Below, piece after piece: positions 19,150 to 30,200 of a stretch of DNA of 64,000 nt. The translations under genes were made by a program, and so were the position numbers. Each line of letters opens with the position of its first letter. Position 1 is the stretch's first letter. The notes under the pieces were generated by a model. That model had not been told where the DNA came from, searched no databases, and saw only the letters and a list, made by a program, of their open reading frames with translations. The stretch lies in IMG/VR virus record IMGVR_UViG_3300029922_000001, positions 186,001-250,000 of that record, one strand, 5' to 3'.

Positions 19150-21618
19150 ATGCCAGTACCTTTTCAACTGCCATATGATATTGTAACACTTGCTCAAAGT
19201 GGCACGATAAGGTTTATTAATCCCATAGATGATGTAACTGTTGGAACCGAAACAGATATCGTTTACCAAAGTGCATCTTCAATAGATACATTATCAATTG
19301 GTAGAGCTTCTTCTTCGGCTTTATTAACCTTGAAAATGTCTTCGAGTTTTGAAGGTGTTGGTATTGGTGTTACTTCACCAACTGCTAAATTACATCTTGA
19401 AGCAGGAACAACAACTATACCGATGTTACAATTCAATGCTGGATCTGTTTTAACTACGCCATTAGCTGGCGTTATGGAATGGGACGGAACCAGTTTATAT
19501 ATGACCCAAACCACAGGACCAACTAGAAAAACATTATTATATGCTGATTTTTCTAATTTAGGTGGTTCAGGTGTGTTGCCATTAGCGTATGGTGGTACTA
19601 ATGCAAACTTAACTGCTGCATTAGGTGGTGTTGTTTATAGTACATTAACATCACTGGCTATTTCTAGCGTAGGTGTATCGGGACAATTATTTAAATCAGG
19701 TGGAAGTGGTGTTCCAAGTTGGGGTTATATTTCCAGTATAGTTACTGCTAGTACTGGAATAATTATTTCTGGATCTAGTACTGTAACTGTTGCAGTTGAT
19801 CAAACGTCTGCATTTACTCCAACCTGGAATGGGTTACATATTTTTGCAAATGGTTTAACTGTAACTAATGCCAAAACCACAGTGGCTACTGCTACTGTTA
19901 GTTATGCATCATTAAGAATTCCTTCTTCTGGTGGCACAACACCTACTTCTCCTGTTTCTGGAGATTTTTGGTGGGATGGAACTGGTTTATATTTCAATAA
20001 TGGTTCATCTAATGTGAATATATTGGCACTAACTGGTGTTACTGGTAGTAGTTCTGCTGGAAATATTGCATATTGGACTGGATCAACTACAATAGCGGGT
20101 TATCCTGGTTTTGTTTATTCCCCAGGTTCAGGATTGTCTCTAGCTGAAGGTGCTGGATTTGGTGGTGGAATAACGATATCTGCGGGTGGTTTAGTTGTTG
20201 CTGGTGGTACTACAACTATTAATGGGTTAAATGGTTTTGTAGTAGCTGATTCTAGTGGTCTTTTATCTAGTGTTTCTTCAATTTCTATTGCGGTAGGTGG
20301 AACTGGAATAACATCATATACGACTGGAGACATGTTATATGCTTCTGCCACAAACGTATTAAGTACACTGCCTATTGGTTCTACAGATCAAGTGCTTACA
20401 GTTATAGGCGGTATTCCAGCTTGGTCAAATTTGTCATCTATTGGAATTAGTGGAACTATTACCAATAACGAAATCGCTTATGGTGGTGGAACAGATACCA
20501 TAACAGGAAGTTCCACGTTTGTTTATGTTTCTGGAAATGTGGGTATTGGAACCACTAACCCAACCGCTTTATTACAAATTGCTGCTGGAACCACAAGTAA
20601 TCCAATGCTTAAATTTACTTCTGGAGTTTTATTAACATCTGCTGTAGCTGGTGTTATGGAATGGAATGGAACTAGTCTATATATTACTCAAACTACAGGA
20701 CCAACTAGAAGAACTTTGTTATATACTGATTTTTCTAATTTGGGTGGTTCAGGTTTGCTACCGTTGGCAAATGGTGGAACTAATGCTAACTTAACTGCTT
20801 CGGCAGGTTCCATTGTTTATAGTACGTCATCAGCGATGGCACTTTCAGGAGTTGGAACTTCTGGACAATTATTACTTTCTGGTGGTACAGGTTCACCAAC
20901 TTGGTCTAGTGTTAGTACTGTTTTGTCTACTACTGCGTATTTACAAGGTGGAAATAGTTTTAGTGCTTTAGCCACATTGGGAACTAATGATAATAATAGT
21001 TTATCCATTAAAACAAATGGTAATATAGTAGCTACATTTACAACATCTGGAAGTTTAGGTATTGGTACTACAACTTCTCCATCTTCTCAGGTAACAGTTG
21101 TTACTAATTCAACTAGTAATATTGGTATATACGTAGATGCAATGTCGGAGCAAACCGCAAATCTTCAAGAATGGGCTGTTAACGGTGTTGTTATGGCTTC
21201 CATAGATAGTGTTGGGCATTTAAGAGCTACTGCTAAATCCTTCGATATTAAACATCCAATTAAACCCAATACCAGATTATTACATGGTAGTTTTGAAGGA
21301 CCTGAATACGGAATTTATTATCGTGGAGAAGTGGAAGGATACCTATCTAATGGAATTATACAGGTTAATTTACCTGATTATTGGGCTAAATTAGTTGGTA
21401 AAAATTATTCTGCTCATATTGATGCAATTGGTGATTATGATCTGTATAAGTATAGCCAAGATGAAATGGGTTTTCTTGTAAAAATCAAGTCAAAATGGTG
21501 GAATCGTTGGTTTATTCGCAATAAAAAAGTGAAATTTGATTTTATTGTGATTGGCGCACGATTAGACATTGATTTTGCGTTAGAAGAACCTGACAAAAAC
21601 ATAAAAAGACTCCAATAA
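19150..21618 (+). CDS. tail fibre / receptor-binding-like protein
   Basis: S/T/G-rich, VGIGTT repeats, internal duplication, C-terminal KSFDIKHP...EGPE...YYRG domain. Confidence 0.8.
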   Translation: MPVPFQLPYDIVTLAQSGTIRFINPIDDVTVGTETDIVYQSASSIDTLSIGRASSSALLTLKMSSSFEGVGIGVTSPTAKLHLEAGTTTIPMLQFNAGSVLTTPLAGVMEWDGTSLYMTQTTGPTRKTLLYADFSNLGGSGVLPLAYGGTNANLTAALGGVVYSTLTSLAISSVGVSGQLFKSGGSGVPSWGYISSIVTASTGIIISGSSTVTVAVDQTSAFTPTWNGLHIFANGLTVTNAKTTVATATVSYASLRIPSSGGTTPTSPVSGDFWWDGTGLYFNNGSSNVNILALTGVTGSSSAGNIAYWTGSTTIAGYPGFVYSPGSGLSLAEGAGFGGGITISAGGLVVAGGTTTINGLNGFVVADSSGLLSSVSSISIAVGGTGITSYTTGDMLYASATNVLSTLPIGSTDQVLTVIGGIPAWSNLSSIGISGTITNNEIAYGGGTDTITGSSTFVYVSGNVGIGTTNPTALLQIAAGTTSNPMLKFTSGVLLTSAVAGVMEWNGTSLYITQTTGPTRRTLLYTDFSNLGGSGLLPLANGGTNANLTASAGSIVYSTSSAMALSGVGTSGQLLLSGGTGSPTWSSVSTVLSTTAYLQGGNSFSALATLGTNDNNSLSIKTNGNIVATFTTSGSLGIGTTTSPSSQVTVVTNSTSNIGIYVDAMSEQTANLQEWAVNGVVMASIDSVGHLRATAKSFDIKHPIKPNTRLLHGSFEGPEYGIYYRGEVEGYLSNGIIQVNLPDYWAKLVGKNYSAHIDAIGDYDLYKYSQDEMGFLVKIKSKWWNRWFIRNKKVKFDFIVIGARLDIDFALEEPDKNIKRLQ

Positions 21619-21727
21619 TAAAGGTTTTTATATTTAAATATCTAAAAAGACTCCAATAATAAAGGTTTTTATATTTAAATATCTAAAAAGACTCCAATAA
21701 TAAAGGTTTTTATATTTAAATATCTAA
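21602..21727 (+). repeat. three exact tandem copies of a 41-bp unit
   Basis: taaaaagactccaataataaaggtttttatatttaaatatc at 21602, 21643 and 21684. Confidence 0.97.
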
Positions 21728-21756
21728 TTAAGAAATAGTATAACAGGGAAATCAGT

Positions 21757-24700
21757 ATGGCGAACAATAAGGGCAAAAAAAACGTGGGCGAACAAAATAC
21801 TTTCAACGATGATAATGTACTAGTTGACGAATTAGTTAGTAGTAAACAGGTTGAAGTTGAAACAACTGAAGAACCAAACGTTCAAGCAGAATCGTTAGAT
21901 TTTACTATGCAGTCTGGTACTAGTGAAGGTACTGGTATTACATCTGATCCTACTACCAGTAATGGTGGTGTTATTTCTAAAGATATTGAAATAATTACTA
22001 GCTGGGTTAATGGTTCCTTTGGTTCTACTGCCGCTGCCTATAGCTCTCTTGATTTTAAAATATCTAGAACTACAGATACTGAGCCAGTAACGACAGGCGA
22101 AGTTAAGGTTTCTTTATTTAATCATGGTGAGTGGCCCTCCACTCGTACTTCGTGGACAAACAACCCTAACTTACCAGTTTTAGCAATTGGTGGTTCTTGG
22201 AATAATGCAAGTACTGGTGCTACATCCTTTACATTAAGCGCCCCAACAGTTGGTGGATCTTTTGTTTATGGTGGAGCTAGTGGAGCGGGTTCAACATGGA
22301 CTGGTATTGCACCTACAATTTATCTAAAGCCATTTGATGGCACTGTTGAAGCATCAAACTTTGTCGCAATTGCACAACCTGCTGGTGGCGCACCAAACTC
22401 AGGTAGTGCTGGTACCTTTAATGGTTTAGTTTTAACTAATAACACTACTGGATTTGCAATGTATGGTGGAACTTCAACTGAACTTGGTCATGGACAAACA
22501 GCCGCAAATCAAATAACATTTTATAGTGGAACTTCATTTGGTTCTGGTGGTTCAACAGGAAGTGTAATAACATTTAACAGCAATTTAACCATTGGTAGTG
22601 CTGGTGCCCTTACTCTTAACCCAGCTTCTGGTGGTTCAACTGTTACTGTACCTGCTACTGGAACCTTAATCACTTCTACCCCTGCTGGTCAGCAACTTAT
22701 TTCAGGTGCCGCATCTTCTGCTGGTTTAAGACTTCAACCAAGTGCCACAGGTACTCCAAATATTGCAGAATTTTATGGTGCTACAGCTACATTAGGTACT
22801 TTAACTGTTGTTGCTAATGGTGGCACTTCAACAAACGCAAACTCAGCATATATTAGTCAAAATGCTGTATTTTTTGGTGATGGATCTGGATTAGTTAACA
22901 TTGTACCTGCTGGATTTAATGGTATTTTACCAATGAATAAAGGTGGTACTGGAGCAAACCTTACTGGTAATGCTGGTGCTATCGTTTATACTAATGGTAC
23001 AACCACAATGGCGATTAACTCTCCTGCTGGTTCTGCTGGTATTCCTTTATTGTCAGGAACTTCTGGTACAGGAACACCAACGTTTACAGCATTAAGTTTG
23101 GCTGGTGGTTCTTCTGTTGTAACAGGTACATTACCAATTGGTAATGGTGGAACAGGTACAGCATCAGCACCAACTCAATACGGTGTAATTTATGCTACTA
23201 CAACTTCAGCATATGCATCTACTGCTGCTGGTACTACAACTACAGTATTAATTGGTAACGCTGCTGGTTCCCCAACTTTTGGAGCAGTTGTCTTAACTAC
23301 AATGGTTTCTGGTACTTTGCCTATTGCTAATGGTGGAACTAACTCTACTACTGCTGCTTCTGCTGGTGCGGTAATTTATTCTTCTGCTTCCGCATTCTTA
23401 CCTAATACCCCTGCTGGTTCTGCTGGTATTCCACTTGTATCAGGAACTTCTGGTACAGGCGCACCAACATTTTCAGCATTAAACTTAGCTGGTGGAACTT
23501 CTATAATTACTGGTACCTTACCAGTTGGTAATGGTGGAACAGGCGCTTCATCTTTCTCTTCCACTAACTCATTAATAGTTTCAGGTTCAACTTCTACTAA
23601 TCCGCTTACTACAGTTACTGGTGCGGCAGGATTGCTTTATGGAACCGCTGCCAATACAGCCCCAACATTTGTAACATCAGTTGGTACCGCTATGACATTC
23701 ACTGCTGGTATAACTTTGAATGGTGGAACCAATAGTGTAACCGTTACACCAATTAACTCTACAGATATTGTCAATAAAGCTTATGTTGATAATGTAGCAC
23801 AAGGTATTTCTGTTCGTGGATCAGTTAGAGCTTCATCTGTACCAACATTTGAATCATTAATTGGTGGTTTACTATTGGGTGGTGGTATTAGCAGTGCTTG
23901 GTATACCAACTCTACTATTACATGGAATAGTGTTACTTACACTGGATATATTACAACCACTGTTACAACTACTAATAATACACCAGGTACTTCAGCCGTT
24001 ACTTCTGGTGGTATCTATACAGGATTTGACTCACCTAGTGGAACTTCATCAGCATTGAACTTAGGTGATCGTGTCTTAATTAAAGATTTCTCCAACTCTG
24101 CTACATATAATGCAATTCCAGGTACATTGCGTTCTTCAGCTAATGGTATTTATGTTGTTGTAACCACTGGTGGTGGTGGACCTAATTATACTATCGCTTT
24201 TGCTCGTGCGTTAGATTGTACAACCGCCGCTCAGTTAAGTGAAGGTGTATTCACGTTTATAGACGAAGGAGCAACTGAAGCTGAAACTGGTTGGATTCAA
24301 GTTGATAATACTTCAGTTATTAATCCTGCGTCAGCCGCAGCAAGTGCCGCTGTAACACCACAGTTTACTCAATTTACTGGTGCTGCTGATGTTACTGTTG
24401 TTATGGGACTTCAAAAGAGTACCAATACTATAGGTGCTAATGTTAATATAACATCTGGATCAACAACATTTAGTTTAGGTGGTAATGCTGTTTCTCCGTT
24501 CTCTAATAACACTAATCCAACATTTACAGTAACTTCAGCATCTGCCGCAACACTCACATTAACACAGAATACATCAGGTTGGTCATTAGCAGCGGGTAGT
24601 ACAAACGTTAATACATTAACATTGAGTCAAGCTGGAACTGCAACCTATACAATTGCTGGTACTGGTGGAACGTTAACAATTTCCAACTCAGCTTCATTAA

Positions 24701-26955
24701 CTGCTACAAATACAGGAACATTAACAATTACTGGTACTGGTGGAACATTAACAATTTCCAATACAGCTTCATTAACCGCTACTAACTCTGGAACATTAAC
24801 AATTGCTGGTACTGGTGGAACATTAACAATTTCCAATACAGCCTCCTTAACTGTTACTAACTCTGGAATTATTACTATTACTGGTGGTGGTGGAACTGTT
24901 TCAATTGGTTCAAACGTTACAGTTGCTGGTTCATCTGCTGTTTCAATTTCTTCACCTGTTACAGTTGCTGCTTCATCAACAGTATCAATCTCTTCTGGTG
25001 TTACAGTTGCTGGTTCATCTGCTGTTTCAATTTCTTCACCTGTTACGGTTGCCGCTTCCTCAACAGTATCAATCTCTTCTGGTGTTACAGTTGCCACTAA
25101 TGCTTCATTGTCTACTTCTGTTGCTGGTGGTGGTGCTGCTTCAACCGGTGGTATACTATTAACTAACAATATACAAGGTACTAATGCTGCTCAAGCTGCA
25201 TTAAGCTTAAATAGCGCATCAGGTGCGCTTGCTTTGGCTACATTCACCTTTACATTAGGTTCTTCTTCTACACTAAGTACAAATAGCCAAACCTTTACAT
25301 TAACTTCTTCAATGGGTAATGTAACCTTGGCGGCTGGTGTTGGTACATCTGCCACCACACACAACCTTGTTCAATCTGGTACTACTCAATATGTTCTAGA
25401 ATCTGCTACAGCACCAACAGCGTTGGGTGATATGTATTATGCCTCTACTACATCTTATGCTACCATGACTAAATTAAGTATTGGTGTCCGTGGCGCAACT
25501 TTGGTTGCTAATAGTGCAACTCCAACCCCAACCTGGCTTGCGCCATCAGCTACTGCTGGCGTAGCCGTTGTTTCTGGTGGTACTGGTGCTGACGTTGCCT
25601 ATGGAACAGTAGTTGTCGCGGGTGGTGGAACTGGTGCGATAACATTAACATTAAATGGTGTTCTCTACGGTAATGGAACTTCCGCTGTAGGTATTACGGC
25701 TCAAGGTGGAACTAATACAATTCTAACTGCTAATGCTGGCGCACCTAGCTTCTCAGCTACTCCAGTTATTAATACTTCTGTACAAATTGGTGTAGCAGGA
25801 ACATCTACAGGACAATTAATCTTAGCTAATGGAACTGGTGCTAACACTACTAAAATACAAGCTGGTGCTAGTGCCCCTTCATTAACATACACCTTGCCAA
25901 CAACCACACCAACTAGTGGTCAAATTCTATCTTCAGACAACGCTGGAAATCTTTCTTGGATTACAAACGTTACTGGTACCGTTACTGGTACAGGTACCGC
26001 TGGACAGGTAACTTATTGGAGTGGAACTAGTGTTATCACTGGCAGTGCAGGATTCCTATATGGAAGCAATCAGTTAACAGTTACTGGTTCTAGTGGTAGT
26101 GGTATTATTGATACAGTTACTGGTTTGACTACAACATCAACTCAGGGTTTTGCTTTACAAAATACTACTGCTTCTACATCTGGTGCTACACAACAACAAA
26201 GTCCTGGTTTTGACCTTATTGGACATGCTTGGAATACAACTCCTACCGCCGCTGATAATACTATCAGATTTAGAGAAGAACTTCAAGTTACTTCAGCTTC
26301 TACGCCTTCTGGAACTTTAGTTTGGAAATCATCTGTTGATACCGGTACAGCTTCATTCACTAATAGAATGACGTTGACTACAGGTGGTGCTTTAACAGTC
26401 ACTAGCTCATTAAGTGCTGGTGGTGGAGGATTTACTACTACAGCTAATGGTAATGTAACTATTGCACCACAAGCTTCTGGAACTAACACTATTACACTTA
26501 AAACAAATGTAACTGATGATGGTTCTGGAACAGTATATCTACTTAATGCTACTGACTCTACTGGTAATGTAAAGGCATCTATTACAGGTAGTGGTGTGAT
26601 TAGAGGTTCATCTAAGTCCTTCTGTATCCCTCACCCTACAAAAGCCAAAAAGAACCTTGTTTATGGATGTCTTGAAGGTCCAGAACATGGTGTTTATCAC
26701 AGAGGAACAGTAGAAGGTAAAGGAATAGTTAGAATTGATTTACCAGAATATTGGTCTAAGTTAGTTGCTAAGGGTGATTACACAGTTACTTTAACTGGTT
26801 GGAATGGCTCTAATATGACATTAGTTGATAAGGATGAAAATGGTTTCAATGTTCAATGCACCAACTTCTTTAAGAAACTATTTAGATTACCATACAAATT
26901 TGAATACGTCTTAGTTGGAGCTAGAGAATACTTTGATATTGAGGAAGATGTATGA
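21757..26955 (+). CDS. giant tail fibre-like protein (1732 aa)
   Basis: LPIxNGGTG repeats, VNKAYVD motif, C-terminal KSFCIPHP...EGPE...HRG domain. Confidence 0.82.
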   Translation: MANNKGKKNVGEQNTFNDDNVLVDELVSSKQVEVETTEEPNVQAESLDFTMQSGTSEGTGITSDPTTSNGGVISKDIEIITSWVNGSFGSTAAAYSSLDFKISRTTDTEPVTTGEVKVSLFNHGEWPSTRTSWTNNPNLPVLAIGGSWNNASTGATSFTLSAPTVGGSFVYGGASGAGSTWTGIAPTIYLKPFDGTVEASNFVAIAQPAGGAPNSGSAGTFNGLVLTNNTTGFAMYGGTSTELGHGQTAANQITFYSGTSFGSGGSTGSVITFNSNLTIGSAGALTLNPASGGSTVTVPATGTLITSTPAGQQLISGAASSAGLRLQPSATGTPNIAEFYGATATLGTLTVVANGGTSTNANSAYISQNAVFFGDGSGLVNIVPAGFNGILPMNKGGTGANLTGNAGAIVYTNGTTTMAINSPAGSAGIPLLSGTSGTGTPTFTALSLAGGSSVVTGTLPIGNGGTGTASAPTQYGVIYATTTSAYASTAAGTTTTVLIGNAAGSPTFGAVVLTTMVSGTLPIANGGTNSTTAASAGAVIYSSASAFLPNTPAGSAGIPLVSGTSGTGAPTFSALNLAGGTSIITGTLPVGNGGTGASSFSSTNSLIVSGSTSTNPLTTVTGAAGLLYGTAANTAPTFVTSVGTAMTFTAGITLNGGTNSVTVTPINSTDIVNKAYVDNVAQGISVRGSVRASSVPTFESLIGGLLLGGGISSAWYTNSTITWNSVTYTGYITTTVTTTNNTPGTSAVTSGGIYTGFDSPSGTSSALNLGDRVLIKDFSNSATYNAIPGTLRSSANGIYVVVTTGGGGPNYTIAFARALDCTTAAQLSEGVFTFIDEGATEAETGWIQVDNTSVINPASAAASAAVTPQFTQFTGAADVTVVMGLQKSTNTIGANVNITSGSTTFSLGGNAVSPFSNNTNPTFTVTSASAATLTLTQNTSGWSLAAGSTNVNTLTLSQAGTATYTIAGTGGTLTISNSASLTATNTGTLTITGTGGTLTISNTASLTATNSGTLTIAGTGGTLTISNTASLTVTNSGIITITGGGGTVSIGSNVTVAGSSAVSISSPVTVAASSTVSISSGVTVAGSSAVSISSPVTVAASSTVSISSGVTVATNASLSTSVAGGGAASTGGILLTNNIQGTNAAQAALSLNSASGALALATFTFTLGSSSTLSTNSQTFTLTSSMGNVTLAAGVGTSATTHNLVQSGTTQYVLESATAPTALGDMYYASTTSYATMTKLSIGVRGATLVANSATPTPTWLAPSATAGVAVVSGGTGADVAYGTVVVAGGGTGAITLTLNGVLYGNGTSAVGITAQGGTNTILTANAGAPSFSATPVINTSVQIGVAGTSTGQLILANGTGANTTKIQAGASAPSLTYTLPTTTPTSGQILSSDNAGNLSWITNVTGTVTGTGTAGQVTYWSGTSVITGSAGFLYGSNQLTVTGSSGSGIIDTVTGLTTTSTQGFALQNTTASTSGATQQQSPGFDLIGHAWNTTPTAADNTIRFREELQVTSASTPSGTLVWKSSVDTGTASFTNRMTLTTGGALTVTSSLSAGGGGFTTTANGNVTIAPQASGTNTITLKTNVTDDGSGTVYLLNATDSTGNVKASITGSGVIRGSSKSFCIPHPTKAKKNLVYGCLEGPEHGVYHRGTVEGKGIVRIDLPEYWSKLVAKGDYTVTLTGWNGSNMTLVDKDENGFNVQCTNFFKKLFRLPYKFEYVLVGAREYFDIEEDV
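24655..25094 (+). repeat. intragenic tandem repeats (3 x 75 nt, then 2 x 84 nt)
   Basis: AGTGGTLTISNxASLTxTNxGTLTI x3 from 24655; VTVAGSSAVSISSPVTVAASSTVSISSG x2 from 24916. Confidence 0.9.
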
Positions 26956-27218
26956 TTTTAATAAATATTAAATCTAACAAATACCCAGATGCTACAAAGC
27001 TAATGATTGAAGAAGGAAATTTCCATTTCATGGCTGGTATTCGCTGTTGTTTAAGTTTATTAGACAATGATCATAATGTTCTAGTGAAAAGATTATTAGT
27101 TATTAATGGTGAGGATTTCAAAAACATTCTACAAAAAGCTAATAGTCTTGCAGCTTTCAAGGTTAAAATAATGAATTTAATGGATTTGATTGAGTGTCCT
27201 GATATTCCATTAATTTAA
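26952..27218 (+). CDS. hypothetical protein
   Basis: 88-aa ORF overlapping the upstream stop (ATGA). Confidence 0.65.
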   Translation: MILINIKSNKYPDATKLMIEEGNFHFMAGIRCCLSLLDNDHNVLVKRLLVINGEDFKNILQKANSLAAFKVKIMNLMDLIECPDIPLI

Positions 27219-27241
27219 TTGTTGTATAAAGAATATAAATT

Positions 27242-30200
27242 ATGGCTCAAGTCGATGTAATTATAACGCCACTGACTGGTAACATTGTCTTTTACGACAA
27301 TGACCTTGCTGCACAAAATAGTGTCCGTATTCAAGGAGAGTCACAAGGTGTTTTGTATTTTGCTGGTGACGGAGTTAATATTCCTAGTTCTGGCTTAACA
27401 GCCCCAACAGCAAGTACTAATCCTAATCAATCTGCATTGCCATATCCAGGTCAAGCCGCAAATGCATCAGCTAGTAATTCCTTGTTTGTTATATTAGACT
27501 CTATAACCGGTACTATTACACCAGGTTTATCTGGTTATGAAATGGGTTCCAGTACATTACCTTGGAGATATTGGGGTACAGCCGCAAACTTTAGTGGTGC
27601 AGTTACTTTAGCTGCAACATCTTCTTTATTTTTAGCTAATACTGGTGGTTCCAATGGCGCACCATTAACTTTTTCCGTATCTGCTTCAGCCCCAACCTCT
27701 TTATCTGCTGGTCAAATGTGGTGGGATGGAACTAATCTTAATTTTTATACCTCCACAACCAAGATTTTTGGTTGGGCTGATTTTTCCAATGTATCGGGGT
27801 TTTTAAGCGTATCACATGGTGGAACAGGGGTTGGAACATTTACCTCTAACGGAGTGTTATATGGTAATACTACTTCAGCCATTCAGGTTACGGCAGCATC
27901 TGGTGCTATAGGCGCTATTCTGCAAACAACCTCTTCAGGTGGTGTCCCATCTTTTGCCAATACTTTACCAGGAACATACACATTTTCTGGTTCGGGAACC
28001 GCATTAACAGTTACGAATAATGCATTAATTTCTGGTAACACTACATCACCAACTTATTATGGTTCCTCTTCTTCTGGTGGAACCCTAACGCTTAGTTCGA
28101 CTTCGAATGCGACCAAAGGTAAGATTTTAATTGGTTCCAATGCTGCTTTTGATGAAGTAAACACTAGGCTTGGTGTTGGTACACAGGGTCCAGTCCAAAG
28201 ACTAGATGTTGGCTATGGACATTTTCGATTTACAACACTTTCACACCCAAGCGCACCAACCGTAGCAACAGGCTCTGCTGGATCACTCACGGGAAATTAT
28301 TACTATTTCGTAACTTTTGTTACTACCCAAGGTGAAACAAATGCTGGCATAGTCTCATCTGTAGTTACTCCATCATCTCAACAAGTGAGTCTTACGGCAA
28401 TTCCAACAGACGCAACAGGCAATGCCACATCTCGAAATATTTATCGAACGACTACTGGCGGTGCTTCGGGTGGACCATTCTACTTACTAACGACCATAGG
28501 TGACAATACTACCACCTCCTATACAGATAATACGGTTGATGGATCACTAGGTACTATAAATTATTTCAGCAGAGAAAACACCACCGCTGGCTATTTTTAT
28601 GTAGGAACCCAATTTAGCGGATATTCAGGATTTTCAAATACTATATTTGGTCAATCTAACCAGAACATAAACAATATTTCTGGTACTTCAAATGTTGGTT
28701 TCGGACCCTTCACATATACCTCGCTCACCACAGGAACCAGAAATTCCGCTGTAGGATATAATGCACTCAACGCCCTAACAACAGGAAGTTACAATACTGG
28801 AGTAGGATGTTTCACTTTAGTTTCAGTTACAACAGGACAAAATAATGTCGGAATGGGACACAAGACACTTCAGGGTAGTATTGTTGGCAGCAATAATACT
28901 GCAATAGGAAGTAGCTGTTGTGACTATAACGTAAATGGATCAAGTATTGTAAGTATTGGATATAATTCATTAAACCAAAACTCTTTTTCAAGTAATATTA
29001 CAGCATTAGGTACTAGTACGGACTTTGTGTGTCCTGCCACGTTCACTGCTACAGCGACGAGTGGCGCTGGTTTGAATACTGGTGTGTATCAGTACATGGT
29101 CACATTTGTTGTCAACTCTAATGAAACCAATCCAAACTGTATAGTTAATGCCCCTGTCAGCGTTACAACAACGGGTTCAAACTCTCAGGTTTCAATAACA
29201 GGTATCCCAACTTATACTGGTCCGTATACTGCCACCCGAAAATTGTATCGAACAAAAGTAGGAGGATCATCAACATCTACTTTTTACTTGCTAACAACAA
29301 TAGGAGATAACATAACAACTTCTTACACAGATAGCACGGCTGATACTTCATTGGTAACGACATATAACCCAGTGAATAGTGGTATCTTAATAGGAGCGGG
29401 GGCGACTGGGCTTTACGCAAATCAGTTGGTAATTGGAAGCACAACATCCTCGGTTGCTGATGCTTATATAGGCAATGGAATCTATACATCTTCTCCCCAA
29501 AGTGTAACACTTCACGCAACGGGTGCCTCTGCATCGAACACGGCTGGAGCGAATTTCACTATCGCTCCAGGTCAAAGTACAGGAACTGCTGCTGGAGGAT
29601 TCTTCTCAGTTCAAACTGCTGCTGCTGGCTCAAGTGGCTCTACCTTTAATGCTTTAACTGAGCGATTCCGAATTGATTCAACAGGCTTAACGAGTGTTAA
29701 GGGTTCATTTAACGCTGGTTCTAGTGCCCAAATGACCATTGATACCTCTGGAAATATCGGAACTTCTGGTGGATATACTCAAACTGGAACAACAGCAAAT
29801 ACTTTTTCTGGTGCAACTACATTTTCAGCCGCAAGTACAGCTTTAACTGTCAATAATAATGCTACAATTAGTGGTTTATTAGGTGTTGGAGCCGCATCTT
29901 CCGCAGGTAACCAATTAAATGTAGTTACAACCGCTATTGGTAATGTTGGAATTTATGTTAATGCCATTACTGGTCAAACAGCTAATTTACAAAACTGGGC
30001 TGTTAATGGTACTCTAGTAGCTAATATTAATGCAAGTGGTAATTTTACTGCTACAACAACTATAACAATAAACAACATTGCTAGTGGTAATCCAATTTCC
30101 TTTACAGCCTCTGCGGGTGTAAGTGCTACTCAAGCTTATATTCTACCAACTAACGTTCCAAGTGGAACCGGTCAATTCTTAACATGTACATCAACAGCAC

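Noticed and set aside
21602-21727. 41-bp repeats as a CRISPR array
   Set aside because: Copies are directly adjacent with no spacers, and no cas genes are in the window
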